From: Bugula neritina
Lineage: Eukaryota > Animalia > Bryozoa
Direction of reading: 5' to 3'
Assembly: GCA_964035545.1 (NCBI GenBank)
Contig: OZ037765.1
Span: 868,001 to 932,000, forward strand
DNA: 64,000 nucleotides
The notes beneath the pieces were generated by a model, which had not been told where the DNA came from, did not search any database, and saw only the letters and a list, made by a program, of their open reading frames with translations. Position numbers and translations under genes: made by a program. This document shows, piece after piece, positions 1 through 13,899 of the stretch (positions within the stretch are counted from its first letter, which is position 1; each line of letters starts with the position of its first letter).

Positions 1-514
1 CTGGCGTTGGACGATAATCCATGGACACTGCAGCTACATGCCAAAATAAGCATCAGTTGGAAAGTTAATTTATTATACGCTTTAAAACTTTAAATAAACC
101 AATATGTTTTTTTGAAGAAAAAAGCTATATTTGATAGATATAAGAAAACAATATTCTCCACTTACAAACATGCGCCTTATTTTTCACCAGTTTAAACATA
201 AAATTTGTTCATATGTATATCAACACTTTACTATATTAAGTTAGTATTATAGTTGTATAAATATAATCTAGTATAGTACAAGTAACTTCTCTTTCTTTTG
301 TGGACTGTATATAACACTATAACTATATCTGTCTTCTAGCATTTAAGTTTAAGGTAATATTATTACTTAAATAGAAAACTAACATATGCCCAAACTTCTG
401 TATGCATGACTATTTATTATTTGCATTTATAGCATTTGATGTGCAACAAAAAATAAGTTTTTTTATATAATTGAAACACTATAATGTAATTTTGTCAATC
501 AACTTTAAAATTTT

Positions 515-808
515 CAGTTGCTAATTTGACAGTTGGTTATAGGTGACAGTTGCTAATTTGACAGCAGTTGCTAGTTGCTAGTTAACAGATGCTAGTTAAC
601 AGATGCTAGTTAACAGTTGCTAGCTGACAGTTGCTAGTTGACAGTTTCTAGTTGACAGTTGCTAGTTGACAGTTGCTAGTTGACAGCTGTGAGCTGACAG
701 TTATTAGTTGACAGTTGCTAATTGACAGTTGCTAATTGACAGTTGCTAGTTGGCAGCAGTTGCTAGTTGCTAGTTGTTAGTTGACGGTTGCCAGTTAGCA
801 GTTGCCAG
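515..808. repeat. Minisatellite, ~14-bp unit TTGACAGTTGCTAG
   Basis: Direct reading; same unit recurs at 11742-11883. Confidence 0.9.
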
Positions 809-3560
809 ATTACTATTTAATAAGCATTATTCCTCAGTTTGATAAAAAAGGAATGCTTGTCAGTTACATGCTGTGAGTAAATGGGACCAACTCATTAATT
901 TATTATACGTATATATTATTATAGTATTTTAAGGTAAATTGTCATAACATATGTATTGCAGTAAAATTTGCAAAGGTTTTAGCAACAAGTATGCTAGCGT
1001 GGACAGGTCATATTATATAACAAAATATGTTAGTTCCTCTATAGGAGATTTTGTTTCTTTGGTTATGTGAGACAATTTTATCTTTTTATTATAATTTTAT
1101 TTCAAATTTAGCTAGCCATTTGTTTCTGAAATAGTATAATATTTTTTCATATATGAGTTCTATATTTTGTACATTTGAAATTTGTTATTACCTCTATAAG
1201 TTCAAATGCTAAACATGCCAACCTAGTTGACTTATATATACATGTTACTATAGTTATACTTACATTATAATATTCTAAAATAAATTTTTCTTGACATTAT
1301 AGATTAGAAGATTTCAATATCTAAAAAATAGCTTTTTCACTTGTATATCATAAATCGAAATGAAAACAATTTCCATATTTTGTTTCTAAGGTTTTCTCTC
1401 ACTGTTCACAACTTTTATTGAGATCTTTATGAAGCAACATATTAAGTACCACAAACTCAATAATTATAATATGTAATAGATTTAATACCAACCTAGTGAG
1501 TTTAGAGCGAGTACAAACCACAGTTGTGAGTAAATTAGAAATGTGAATGGTGTGATGCTAAAATGTAATAGCATTAAATTTATTATATAATTATTACGGT
1601 TCAGTTTTATTATGCATTCACTGTATACTCAAAATAAACCAAACTTTATTTGGGCTTTAAGTTTGTGAATCAAGTTTCTTACTATATATAAAAGTATAGT
1701 AAATTTAAATTTATCTTCTATACTGATGACTGATTATATAAGCTCACAAAGATCAAAAGCTAAATTTATTTCTTTCAACTTTTTCAACTTTAAGCTTATA
1801 AATTTAGCCTAACAGCTGACGACTAATATTTAACCTAGCAACTTGCATCTTTAGCATTATATTAATTAAAGGACTAAATAAATTTGCTACATTTTAAATT
1901 TATGTTTCATGTATGCATAATATTCATCATTTATTTCAATCCAAATTTTAGTAATATACAATATAAACAATTACACCTTTTTGAAATAATTTAATTGAAA
2001 GCCAAACCTGGCAGCCATCTTGTCTTGTGCTCCAATAAGAAAACTTTCTAATGAAATACTTTTTAACTATATAGTTCACTTTTTTGCTTTATGAAGAATA
2101 GGAATATATTATATTTTAGATTTGCATTTTCTTACAAAAGTTGTATTGATTTGAATTTAAATAGCTTTAATTATTTTCTGTAATAATTGAATTACTTGAT
2201 GCCAAAAATAGTTCGGATTGTTTGGTACACATTAATCTAATATAGTAAACTTTTTTTATATTTTTAGCTACGTTTTAATTGGGTCACAGTGGACACACTT
2301 TTTCTCATTCATCACAAATTTTGTTGGTAGTTGCTTCTCCTGCAGTGAAAACTCTTGATAAAAAGTTTTAAACATGCTATGAAACTTTCTGTTTTTTATA
2401 TATTATAGCTAAGAAGCAAGTATATGACAGAATGCTTTTCTCAACATTAGCAATAGTTTTCCCCAACTACCAACCTGTTTACAAATATAGCTATACTGCA
2501 TGCAATTTGCAGGTTTAAAGTGCATGCAAGTAACTTCAGTTTTGTTTCTAAATTTTATTTTATTTTCATTCTTTATGATTTAAACTAATTACATTATAGT
2601 ATATTACATTAGTATAAAAAATTATATAAATATTATATATAATATTTTGTAATAATGCTAAAACATGGCCTACCAATTAACAGTTAAACTAAAAGTTGTA
2701 TTAACAAAAAATGTATGTCTGAAAATAAGAAAATCATCATAATATTCTTTTCAGAATACTAATATAAGCTCACAACTTATCTTGGAGTTATGTTTTAAAT
2801 AGGAGAAATAAAAAAGTATATAACAATAAGAATTAAAAAGAACAAATTTTGAATTGAGGTGGAAAAGCTGTTTGAGCGCATTACGTAGTTTAACTTCCAT
2901 GTCACGACAGCGGACTTTCCTACAGAAACGACAAGAAATGCAAACAATTGGCTGCTTAGAATGTTTGCAAGCTGCAATGAAATGCAGAGATTTAATTTTA
3001 AACATTTTAATAATAATATTAAAATTTAAATTATATATACTGATGCATACAAAATTAATATTTTTAAAGTTATATTTTCACTCATGAATTTATTTAGAAG
3101 TATAAAAAAACTAAGAGCAAATTTATTGGTCAGAAAATATATAAGCTACTTTGTTGAAAAAATATTCAATCTCTTTTAAATTTTAGCAACTAATCAGTTT
3201 TATAATTTTACCATCATGTACTGTATTGTTTTATAGTAACTTTCAGGACTGTTTATTAATACACATTTTATAATTTTCATCTATAATATAACCATTTAGA
3301 AATAATACAATAATATTCATCATATATTACATCATTACAATATATTATTACACAATATAATTATAACTATAATTAATTCTCTAATAATCAAAGTATTACT
3401 ATCTAAATAATACTATACTAGAACACTTGAAATAACTTTTATTAGTAAATATTTGGATATTCTAAGATTTAATGCTATGAAATTTTTGGCATCTGGAAGC
3501 ATCAAACCCAAACAAGAACAACATTTGTTTGTTATATAATAATTCAAGTATTTACTGTAC

Positions 3561-6500
3561 CATTGTCAGCCTGACATGAAATATCAACTACTCCAGTCTG
3601 TGACACATCACGTAGGTCTGCTTGAGACAGATTCAGGGTGGCTGTGTTTGTTTCAATGACCACCCCACCCACCATCCATGTGAATGTGTCAGGTCTAGGT
3701 CTAAACTCAAGATAATCAGTGCAGGATAAAGTAGTATAATTGCTGAAAATAAAGTCCAAGTCTAAAGCTTTTGTTTCTCGAGCTTCAAGATCTGAAAATA
3801 AATTACATTAAAACTGCAAAATATTCTTAAAAATGGCAATGAATATTTCTTTTGATTAACCACTTGGAATGAGTTAAGTTTATTGAACGTTATAAAAACA
3901 TTTTTGTATAATAAAGATTAGGCTGTCCCACAAAGCCAGTGTAAAGTATTTGCAGAGTATAGCAAGTATATGATAAGTAGACTTGTATAAAGTACAAACT
4001 GTGACATCAAAATTTATTATAACTCTGATTTAAAGAGTTTCAGGGACTTCTATCAGCTAGAGAAAACTTCACATTTTTCTCAAACCCAAGAGAGCGTAAA
4101 AGTGGTGTATATATGTGAACACTTCTGCATGATCCACAAAACTATGTTGCTGTGTGATGGAAAAAATTTAAAAATTTTACCAGTTATAATATTAGCCTCA
4201 GAAACATAGTGAAACTAAAGAAACAACATTTTTCCAAGTATTTCTTTTGCGTTTCCTAAATCTTCGTCTAAATAATCACAAAACTAAAACAAGTCTGTTT
4301 TAGTACATAATATTTGAATAATTTGCAAATAAATAAATAAACATTTATACAAATTGGAATTATAGCTCAATTGAAAAGGCTTAATCAAACCCACACAAAT
4401 GTATGTACTATCAATAGAGCAAGCTGTTACTTACAGGTTTGTAGAAATGTTATCTCTACATCTACTTCACTGATCTCATCTGAACACTTCATTGTGAAAC
4501 CTTCTCTATCCTTCTTCTGAGGTACATAGACTCCAGTGTTGGAGTTGTTCCCTCTTTGAGTTATATCAATATCTGTTTGGTTTATCTGGGCCAACACTAG
4601 TTGTAATGACAGCATAAGGAATTAGTCAGGTAAAACTCTCAAGGCTTGAAATGTTAAATAAAGTAAACTACAAACAGTTAAATGACATTAATGTGATTTG
4701 TAAACATTTTAGTAGAGTAATAATAATTGTTTTGAATATCAACGCTATAAGCATGCATACTAGACACTATAAGCATGCATACTAGATACTATAAGCATAC
4801 ATACTAGATACTATAAGCATGTATATTAGATACTATAAGCATACATACTAGATACTATAAGCATACATACTAGATACTATAAGCATACATACTAGATACT
4901 ATAAGCATACATACTAGATACTATAAGCATACATACTAGATACTATAAGCATACATACAAGATACTTTAAGCATACATACTAGATACTATAAGCATGTAT
5001 ACTAGATAGATACTATAAGCATGCATACTAGATACTATAAGCATGCATACAAGATACTTTAAGCATACATACTAGATACTATAAGCATGTATACTAGATA
5101 GATACTATAAGCATGCATACTAGATACTATAAGCATGTATATTAGACACTATAAGTTTGTATTTTAGACATTATATTGTATATACCCTGCCTTAACTTAC
5201 TATATAAGTATATACCCTGCCTTAACTTACTGTAAGTATATACTCTGTCTTAACATACCGTAAGTATATATCCTGTCTTAACTTACTGTAAGTATATACT
5301 CTGTCTTAACTTACTATAAGTATATACTCTGTCTTAACTTACTGTAAGTATATACTCTGTCTTAACTTACTGTAAGTATATATCCCGTCTTAACTTACTG
5401 TAAGTATATACTCTGCCTTAACTTACTGTAAGTATATATCCTGTCTTAACTTACTGTAAGTATATATCCTGTCTTAACTTACTGTAAGTATATATCCTGT
5501 CTTAACTTACTGTAAGTATATATCCTGTCTTAACTTACTGTAAGTATATATCCTGTCTTAACTTACTGTAAGTATATATCCTGTCTTAACTTACTGTAAG
5601 TATATACTCTGTCTTAACTTACTGTAAGTATATATCCCTGGCTGCTGATCTATTTTCAGACATCGTACTGTCAGATTCACGTCTTCTATTGGTGGATCAG
5701 GAGTGGCTATCATTAGTATCTCAATGATGGGAAATGTGGTTGTAGTTGCTAATGTTGTTGTAGTTGTTAATGCTATTGTTGTTGTTGATGTTGTTGTTGG
5801 TGGTGTGGTGGATGTTGTTTTAGTAGTAGTAGAAGCAGTAGTAGTAGTAGTAGGACTTGTGAGTTTAGTGGTTGTCATTTGACTAGTTGTTGTTTCTGTA
5901 GAAAGATTTGTTTGCAGAGTTTAGTTTTTAATTTTTATTGTGATTTCATACCAAAAAAGCTGTAATTTTACATTTTCATCGTACTTAATATGAAAATTAA
6001 AGCAGGAGTTGCTGTTAATGCTTCATATGTTGCAAAAGCTATTAGATAGAAGCTTTTAAAGATTATTCTGTAAAAATAAAGTTCTCTATACGGTAGCCTA
6101 TATATAATTGTTTGATCAGTTTAGAATATAATTTTTCACAAAAGGCAAAACACTGCAAGGTAGTGTTTTTAAGAAAGAAAATCTATAGCACAAAACAAAT
6201 TCTAAAATTAGTAACAAATTTGCCAATCAAATGGGAAAAGAAAATTGATGGATTATTTTTGAAAAATACTAAACTTCACTTACCCTCAGGTTTCCAGATA
6301 ATATTCCATTTCACAAGCAAACTTCTCACTGTTGCACAATGTAATTGGTTAATGACATGAACTAAACAATTTAATTGGTTAATGACATGTAATGTATACT
6401 TCACTATAATAAAATCAGAGTATTACATTATTATAGTTATACTAGTTAGTTATAGTTATACTAGTTGGTGTTAGTTACTGAGTTTCCTGGTTTGAAATAC

Positions 6501-9500
6501 GCTTTAGTATAAGTACATAGGTTTATTCTAGTGCTAATAAATTATGAGCTCTAGGTTATATCTGATAAGCAAAGATCCCAGGAAAGAGTTACTGTAGACA
6601 CATAGAGGGGTGTACACACATAAAGGGGTGTACCCAGATAAAGGGGTGTACCCAGATAGAGGGGTGTACACAGGTAGAGGGGTGTACACAGATAGAGGGG
6701 TGTACCCAGATAGAGGGGTGTACACAGATAGAGGGGTGTACACAGATAGAGGGGTGTACACAGATAGAGGGGTGTACACAGGTAGAAGGGTTTACACAGA
6801 TAGAGGGGTGTACACAGATAGAGGGGTGTACACAGATAGAGAGGTGTACACAGATAGAGGGGTGTACCCAGATAGAGGGGTGTACCCAGATAGAGGGGTG
6901 TACACAGATAGAGGGGTGTACACAGACAGAGGGGTGTACACAGATAGAGGGGTGTACACAGATAGAGGGGTGTACACAGATAGAGGGGTGTACACAGATA
7001 GAGGAGTGTACACAGATAGAGGGGTGTACACATCATACTAATGTAATATACAGATATGCAGCAAGAAGGGAAAAGAAATAAAGCTTACTGAATGTGTCGT
7101 ATGCCCTGCAGGTTATAGTCTCATTGAATTCACTAAAAGTGCCCGGATACCATCTCCGTCTGAGAGAGAAATTACCGAATTGTGAATAAACAGGGGACCG
7201 TCTGGTCCATAAGTAGTTGGTTGGTGGAGGTCGGCTTGTGACGTAGTTGTCACAGTCCAGCTCTACTCCATCAGAATTATATAGATTTAGTGTTTGCTCT
7301 AAACCTTGAGTCGCTTCTATGTAGTCTACATAAATCAAAGTAGTAATTAGGAAATCACATTGACATTTGACAAAAAACTAGAACAATGAATAAAAATTAT
7401 TCTATCCTAATTACTTGTACAACTATTTTAAGTTCAACATAAATAACATGTATAAAGATGTAAATATTAATTATTATTTGTTTTAAAACATTCATTCTGT
7501 AGCTGAGCAGGTTAAACAAGTCAACTAAATTCAGCTAAAATTATTTACCATCAACAATATTGGTTCAATGAAACTGAGACAAATATCTTAAGCTAAAATA
7601 GGCCTTTAGACTTTAGCTTATATAACTTACATTTTGGTGTAATATTCCTAACAACCATTGTGTGTAGTGTAGCCCTGTCCAACCCATAGTACTTGTTGTA
7701 ACACCTGATAGTAAACGATTCCTTATCCGTGATTTCATATACAACCCCAAGCCTTCCTGGGGCTGTTGTCAGGGGTATTTCTTGAGTAACTCCATTTTTT
7801 ATCACATCTAAAAGAAACCTTCATGTAAATTTCTCCATTTGTCTATTTATAAATTATCCAGGGATATAAAAAGTTATAAATAATTGCTCAAGCAATACAA
7901 AATTGACTTCCTGTAATGCTAAGCAGCGCATGAACATGACCTCAATGAGTTATCTTTTCAACTAGTAGAGCAAAGCTCTTCTAAAGAACTTTCTCATAGT
8001 GATTGCTTACAGAGTAAAAAGCTTTGATTTCTACAAAAATAATCCATGATTCACACTACATAATCAAACGAGTTCAATCATGAAATATACAGAAATTTCA
8101 TTTATTAGTTTGGTAACTGGTAAGTATATACACACTTTATTTTTAATTATTTGTTAGGCAATTATAGGTCACCAATGTATTTTTATTATCAAGTACGTTT
8201 TATATTTACTCAAACTTTAGCAACTTGATTCATATCAAAACAGGTATTTTAGCAAGAAATAAACAAACAAAATAATGATGAGTAAAACCTATCACTATAG
8301 AATGTTAGTGGTGAAGGGTCAAGGTCTTGTTGGTACAGACAGGTTATATTATCCTGAATATCCTTGACCTACCGTACTGATAGTCAAAAGGCTGGTCGTC
8401 AACACAAACTACATAAAAGTTAGTTCCGACAAGGAAATCATTTTCTTGAAGTATCATTTCTAGATTTCCGGAAGGATTCAACAAGGAATCTGTAAGCAAA
8501 GAGGGTGTTTATTGTGTGTGTGTGTGTGCGCGTGTGTGTGTGCGCGAGTGCAAGGTGCGAGTGCGCAAGTGTATGTGTGCGTAATCCTGCACAAATTGTC
8601 AAGCATTTAGATTATATACAGTCTGAAAAATTCATCTCCTGTGACCCCTCAATTGTGGGGTCGCAGGAGATGAATTTCCCAGACTGTTCAGATTTTACTA
8701 GTTTTTAAAGTAATTAGTTACTCTTAGAATTAATTCCCGGGAAGTATTTATAGTTACTTACTACCAATTGGACCAATCGTATTGCCTGACTCAAAATCAT
8801 CCATTGTTAAGTGGTAGAGGGAGCCGTCGTATCCATAGCAAGCAAAAGGGTTCGAATGTGCTGCTAACGACTGGATAGAAATGTTTATCCTTAGCAAAAC
8901 TGAGTCAGACATCTTGAGCAGCTCCTCACAATAAAGTCTGTCAGGTTTTGTAAACCGAATAGGCCCGTGATCAATAAACTGTTGGCTGATAATTGGTAGA
9001 GCAGATATTCCACTGGTAGTTACTTGACAGCCTATTTGAGAGTCTAAATATTTAACGTAAAGCTTAGTCATGCTTGGAAATTGGCTAGCGTTGCACACGA
9101 CTTCCACGGTGTCGCCTACTCTTACAGGCGGCTTGTACTTGTACTTGAAATGTCCTTTCACTATAGGAAACTCTAAAATATTGTCACGATACATATGACA
9201 TTCAAAGCATCTTCAGTTTAGGTAATGCTGTTCACCGTAGCCTAAGAACTAAAAGTGTTACGTCAGTGTAGTATTAGAACCAGAAAAATACAAACATACC
9301 TGATGGAAGCAGGGCTGAGTGCCAAGTCACTTTGTAAGTAACATTTACTTTTATTCCTGAAAATAAGTTACAAACGAAATAGCTTTTCACATGTTATAGC
9401 TTCCAGAGTAACCTTTGCATTGAATGCTAATAAATTTATAGAAGAAAATGTTTAAATTTTACTCAGTTTTATTTTGCTATTTATTTAACAATAATGATTG

Positions 9501-11506
9501 TATTTTGTACATGGACATCTGTAAACACACATAATAAACATGAAGAAATAATTTAAAATTGCCTGCATGGCCCAAATCAACTATCCTATTTCAAGTTATT
9601 CAAGGTATAACTATATAAAGTATGAGATATTTTATTTAACCATTCATGCTCTATCAATCTAAACTAACTTGAGTTGTGGTATCATTATTATTTTAGCAGT
9701 TAATTAAACAATTTTAATTGTAAATTTTCAATTTTTTTAGTCTAAAATTCTAATAAATTTGCCTCATATATATGAGTAATTAACCTTTCGATTTTGATAA
9801 ATTTCACTTCAATTTATTGCATAAAGTACTATAAAATCTAGCACTGAACAGTGACCTAGATTATGTTTTATACAATTTCTTTAACTTGTTATTTTGCTAC
9901 ATCATAGAAAGAACTTACCTAAGTTGTTGGAAACTTCACAGACTACTCTATCATCACTGTATGTAGTTGTTCTGTCAAAACCTTCTCTGGGTCTGTGAGT
10001 GAAAGTGCTAGTGAAACCCACAAGCTGTCCAAAGTGTATCCACGTATACTGGAAACTGGCAGGTCTTCCAATCACGCGAGAGCTACAATCCAGCACCAGT
10101 TCTACATCAAATGATTGGCTGTATTCAATGGGTGAGCGTCTCTTTGCAGCTATGTCTACAATTTCAGCAGAAAACTTGTAAAACTTCTGCCCTTCCTGTG
10201 TCTCCAAGGAAACCTCCAGCGTACATTCAAACCCGATAACCATTACACTACGGGGACTACTGGGTTAACTCAATACACAAACTAATGGAGTTTCTATATA
10301 CAAGTATACCTATAATAGTCTCAGATCTAAAGATGCAATATTTGTACAATGGTTTTTTGCCAATGTTCATCCAAAGGCAGTAAAATCTGCTCTTACCAAC
10401 TCATTCAGCCTTTTCAATTTAGTTCAACTATGTTCTACAGTGTATGAGAGGTTGTCACATTGAATTTTTGCTATAAAGGTTGGGTGAGTTTCTAGCCTTC
10501 AAATGATATAAAAGCACCACTTACATTAACAGCTATACAAGCCTGTAAATAGCCAAACAAGCTGAACCCTGGTCTTGTGTTTATTGCTTGTAGCTGCTCT
10601 AACAAATTGTCAACAATAACTCAAAATATTTATGCAGAAGACTTACAATTTGGAAGTATAAATCTGACAGCTTTAGTGACCCCTAGTTGTCCTTCAAGGC
10701 CAGTTGGCCATTCATAACAGAAGATGAAGAATCCTGGCCTCTCGGTTTTTTGAGGAGTAAAAGAGCCGGAATTTCCATTGTGGTCAGTGATGTTATAGTG
10801 TACAGTACCTCTAATCACCTCTGTCAATCAGAATTATGATTATAGTCAAAACCTTAGATTCCTTTGTAGCACATACAAAGTTTTAATTTGACACTAAATA
10901 TGTCTAAAAAGTGGTTGTTTCATCAATGATTGAAATTGTAGAGTTTTGTCAAAAAATCAATTTCAGAAACCAATTTTTGTAAATCTGGTTCACAGTAGCA
11001 TCTTAAACTTGTATATATAGAATATTGTTTTGGAATTGAAAATTTTAATGTATAGGGAACTTGTTTTTCTGAAAAAACTTGTTTTCAAAGTGTTGCTTTC
11101 CAAAATTGATTGCCTACGATATTCTGTTACACATCTGAAAGTCAATCTTAAATACAGCGATTCTAAATTAATTCACACTGTGTACTCTAATTCATAGTTC
11201 ATAGCTACTATGCAACTACGTTTTGCTGCCGATAAATAAATTAGAACAAAAATGTAATTTAGAAAAGACAATTCTTGTTTTTTGCACTAATAACATTTCA
11301 AAGTCTCGGAAGATTTGCATACTGTATTGTCTGTATACAAGTTTAGCATCAAATCATCATCTCTGAAGTTGTAGCCTTTCTTACAGAATATACATTTACA
11401 AACTTTCAACACTTCCTTTTAAAATTATGCCGGCCAACAGTAAAACTTGAAGAGTACCAATGACTGAGGCTAAAGAATTGGCAAGCCAAAGGCCAAGAAG
11501 CTCCAT
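3561..11506 (-). CDS. Multi-exon cell-surface/secreted protein with repeated Ig-like modules and a Thr-rich mucin-like segment; 3' end unresolved
   Basis: Phase-1 GT-AG exons join in frame: 10820-10647, 10155-9919, 9356-9300, 9172-8762, 8489-~8372, 7807-7631, 7325-7089, 6328-6284, 5895-5623, 4596-4435, 3791-3561. Ig-like C...W...C spacing occurs three times (LDCSS..YTWIH..VVCEVSN; LDCDN..YLWTR..ITCRAYD; LSCTD..FTWMV..ISCQADN). Putative first exon at 11506 (MELLGLWLANSLASVI..., hydrophobic, signal-like); its donor is uncertain. Confidence 0.7.
4745..5170. repeat. Intronic minisatellite, 23-bp CTATAAGCATACATACTAGATA(C)-type unit
   Basis: About 18 tandem copies. Confidence 0.93.
5180..5637 (-). 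repeat. 28-bp minisatellite containing exon tail plus GTAAGT donor
   Basis: Minus-strand unit GATATATACTTACA|GTAAGTTAAGACAG, about 16 copies; the first copy is the real junction (5623/5622). Confidence 0.93.
6595..7031. repeat. 18-bp minisatellite GATAGAGGGGTGTACACA
   Basis: About 24 copies, intronic. Confidence 0.95.
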
Positions 11507-11741
11507 TTCAACTTTACCAATAGGCCTAAATCACAACTGATATATTTAAATCACTGTAATTGGAAGACTAACTGTATGAGATTCTTGTATATCTAGTTGA
11601 AGTTGTTTTACAAAACACGGAGAACCTTCTCCCTTCCTGAATACTCTGCTCCTGGGGAATTTCCATTGTAAGGCTGCGGGATTGTCCTAAATCAGCACAT
11701 CACATCAGTGATCAGCATCAATATATCAATACAACTAACTA

Positions 11742-11883
11742 ATTGACAGTTGCCAGCTGACAGTTGCTAGTTGACAGTTGCTAGTTGACAGTTGCCAGTT
11801 GCTAATGGCTAGTTGCTAAATGCTAGTTGAAAGTTGCTAGTTGCTAAATTCTAGTTGACAGTTGCTAGTTGGTAGTAGCTAGT
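11742..11883. repeat. Minisatellite TTGACAGTTGCTAG, second locus
   Basis: Same unit as 515-808. Confidence 0.85.
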
Positions 11884-12521
11884 TCCTTTAATGGCAAAAA
11901 ACTCTCTTTTACTTAGTTTTATCATTTATCATTTTATCATTCCATTGTTTTTAAGTTTATATTGACTAACATAAAAACTATTTGCTTATAAGTAATAAAA
12001 AATAGTTTTAACGAGCATAATTGAAAAGATCTAGTCTAACATAATATATGAATATTTCGCCTTACGAATGATGCTCATTTTAGCCAATTAACAAAGTTTT
12101 AAAAATACTTTATAATGTGAAGCACTTTACTAATAGCTAGACAACTCCTGCATTGTAAATATTTTTTAGAGCGTAGGCTTTAGAAATTTAAGACTGTTTT
12201 GTATGATGGCTAAAATAGTTTGCTACCTCAACTAATATTATAACTTTTCAGTCTATAAAACCCCCTAAATCCCACCCAGCAACACATCATACTTATACAC
12301 TAACCCTGTTGATGGGATGCAGAGACTAAACATAATAGAATGTAGAGAATCGTGCAACTTCCAGTCATCATAGAATTGCTACAATCAAGAGAAGCATTCA
12401 GTAATCAGGTTTAGATGTACGATATAGATAATAAATTATACAGAAAGTAAATCATTGGTACTTGATGTGAGATTTATGGTATGTAGTCTGCAGTGTGATT
12501 TGTAATTTATTAGCATCGTAA

Positions 12522-12857
12522 GTCAGCATATGAGTCAGTATATACTCAGCATATGAGTCAGTATATGAGTCAGTATATAGTCGGTATATAGTCAGTATAT
12601 AGTCAGCATATGAGTCAGTATATAGTCAGCATATGAGTCAGTATATAGTCATTATATAGTCAGTATATAGTCAGCATATGAGTCAGTATATAGAGTATAT
12701 GAGTCAGTATATGAGTCAGTATATAGTCAGTATATAGTCAGTATATAGTCAGTATATAGTCAGCATATGAGTCAGTATATAGAGTATATGAGTCAGTATA
12801 TAGTCAGCATATGAGTCAGTATATAGTCAGCATATGAGTCAGTATATGAGTCAGCAT
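12522..12857. repeat. 11/13-bp minisatellite GTCAGTATATA / GTCAGCATATGA
   Basis: Direct reading. Confidence 0.9.
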
Positions 12858-13704
12858 GCAGTATGGGCTACAACTGTGGAGCTAATACCAGCAAATAATA
12901 TATGTCATCAGAACAATATTTTCTTTCTATAAAGAATTTTTTGCCAGTAAAATAAATTAAGAATTCAAACTTTTTCTTTTTTGTAACACAATAAGATTTT
13001 GCACAAGCCTATGAAAGAAACTGCTATAACAATATTAGGAATTTTTATATCAAGAGATTACTACAGCTCAAAGTTGACAGAGCAACAACTGTACTCATAT
13101 ATCATGTGAGACCTTTAAGTGAGATCTTTCAAACTATTGCCTGCAGTACAGCTTAACCGTCAGCGTGTACTTCACAACACTGGAGTATATAGATTGATAA
13201 AAGCAATGTCAAATCATTGAAATGATCTAGTTTTAGATGACATATGTAAGAAAGGTGCTATAGAACTTTTCAATATTCTGCTATTTTTGTTCCTGTGGCA
13301 TCTTATTGGCAAATTTTCTTGACATTTTTTTTATAAGTTTGAGTCTCTTAATAAATGAGTAATAGCATACTTAACCTCTAAATAGCCTTGTAGCTCTTTC
13401 TATAATAGGCCTACAGTATATTCATTATTCATACTGCATATTTACCATAATACTCTATATATAATAGTATACTTATATGTATATTGCATTTACATATGTA
13501 CGCATTAAGTTGTAAATTCAGAATATATATTATATTTTATTTCATTTATAGTATGTTATATGACTTATATCATATCTATGAAATGTTATTCAATACTTCA
13601 TCAAATTTACGCATGTTTTATTGCAAATAATTCAATACAATATTAATTTATGCATAAAATAACATATTTTGAAATCAATGTAATTAATTAAGTATTTTTA
13701 TTAG

Positions 13705-13899
<195 letters not shown>

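Noticed and set aside
1-3500. Further 3' exons of the Ig-like gene
   Set aside because: Candidate splice sites (near 30, 165 and 2340) could not be joined confidently in frame.
6534-7041. Repetitive ORFs (YTDRGV / CTPLYL)
   Set aside because: 18-bp intronic tandem repeat; no splice or coding support.
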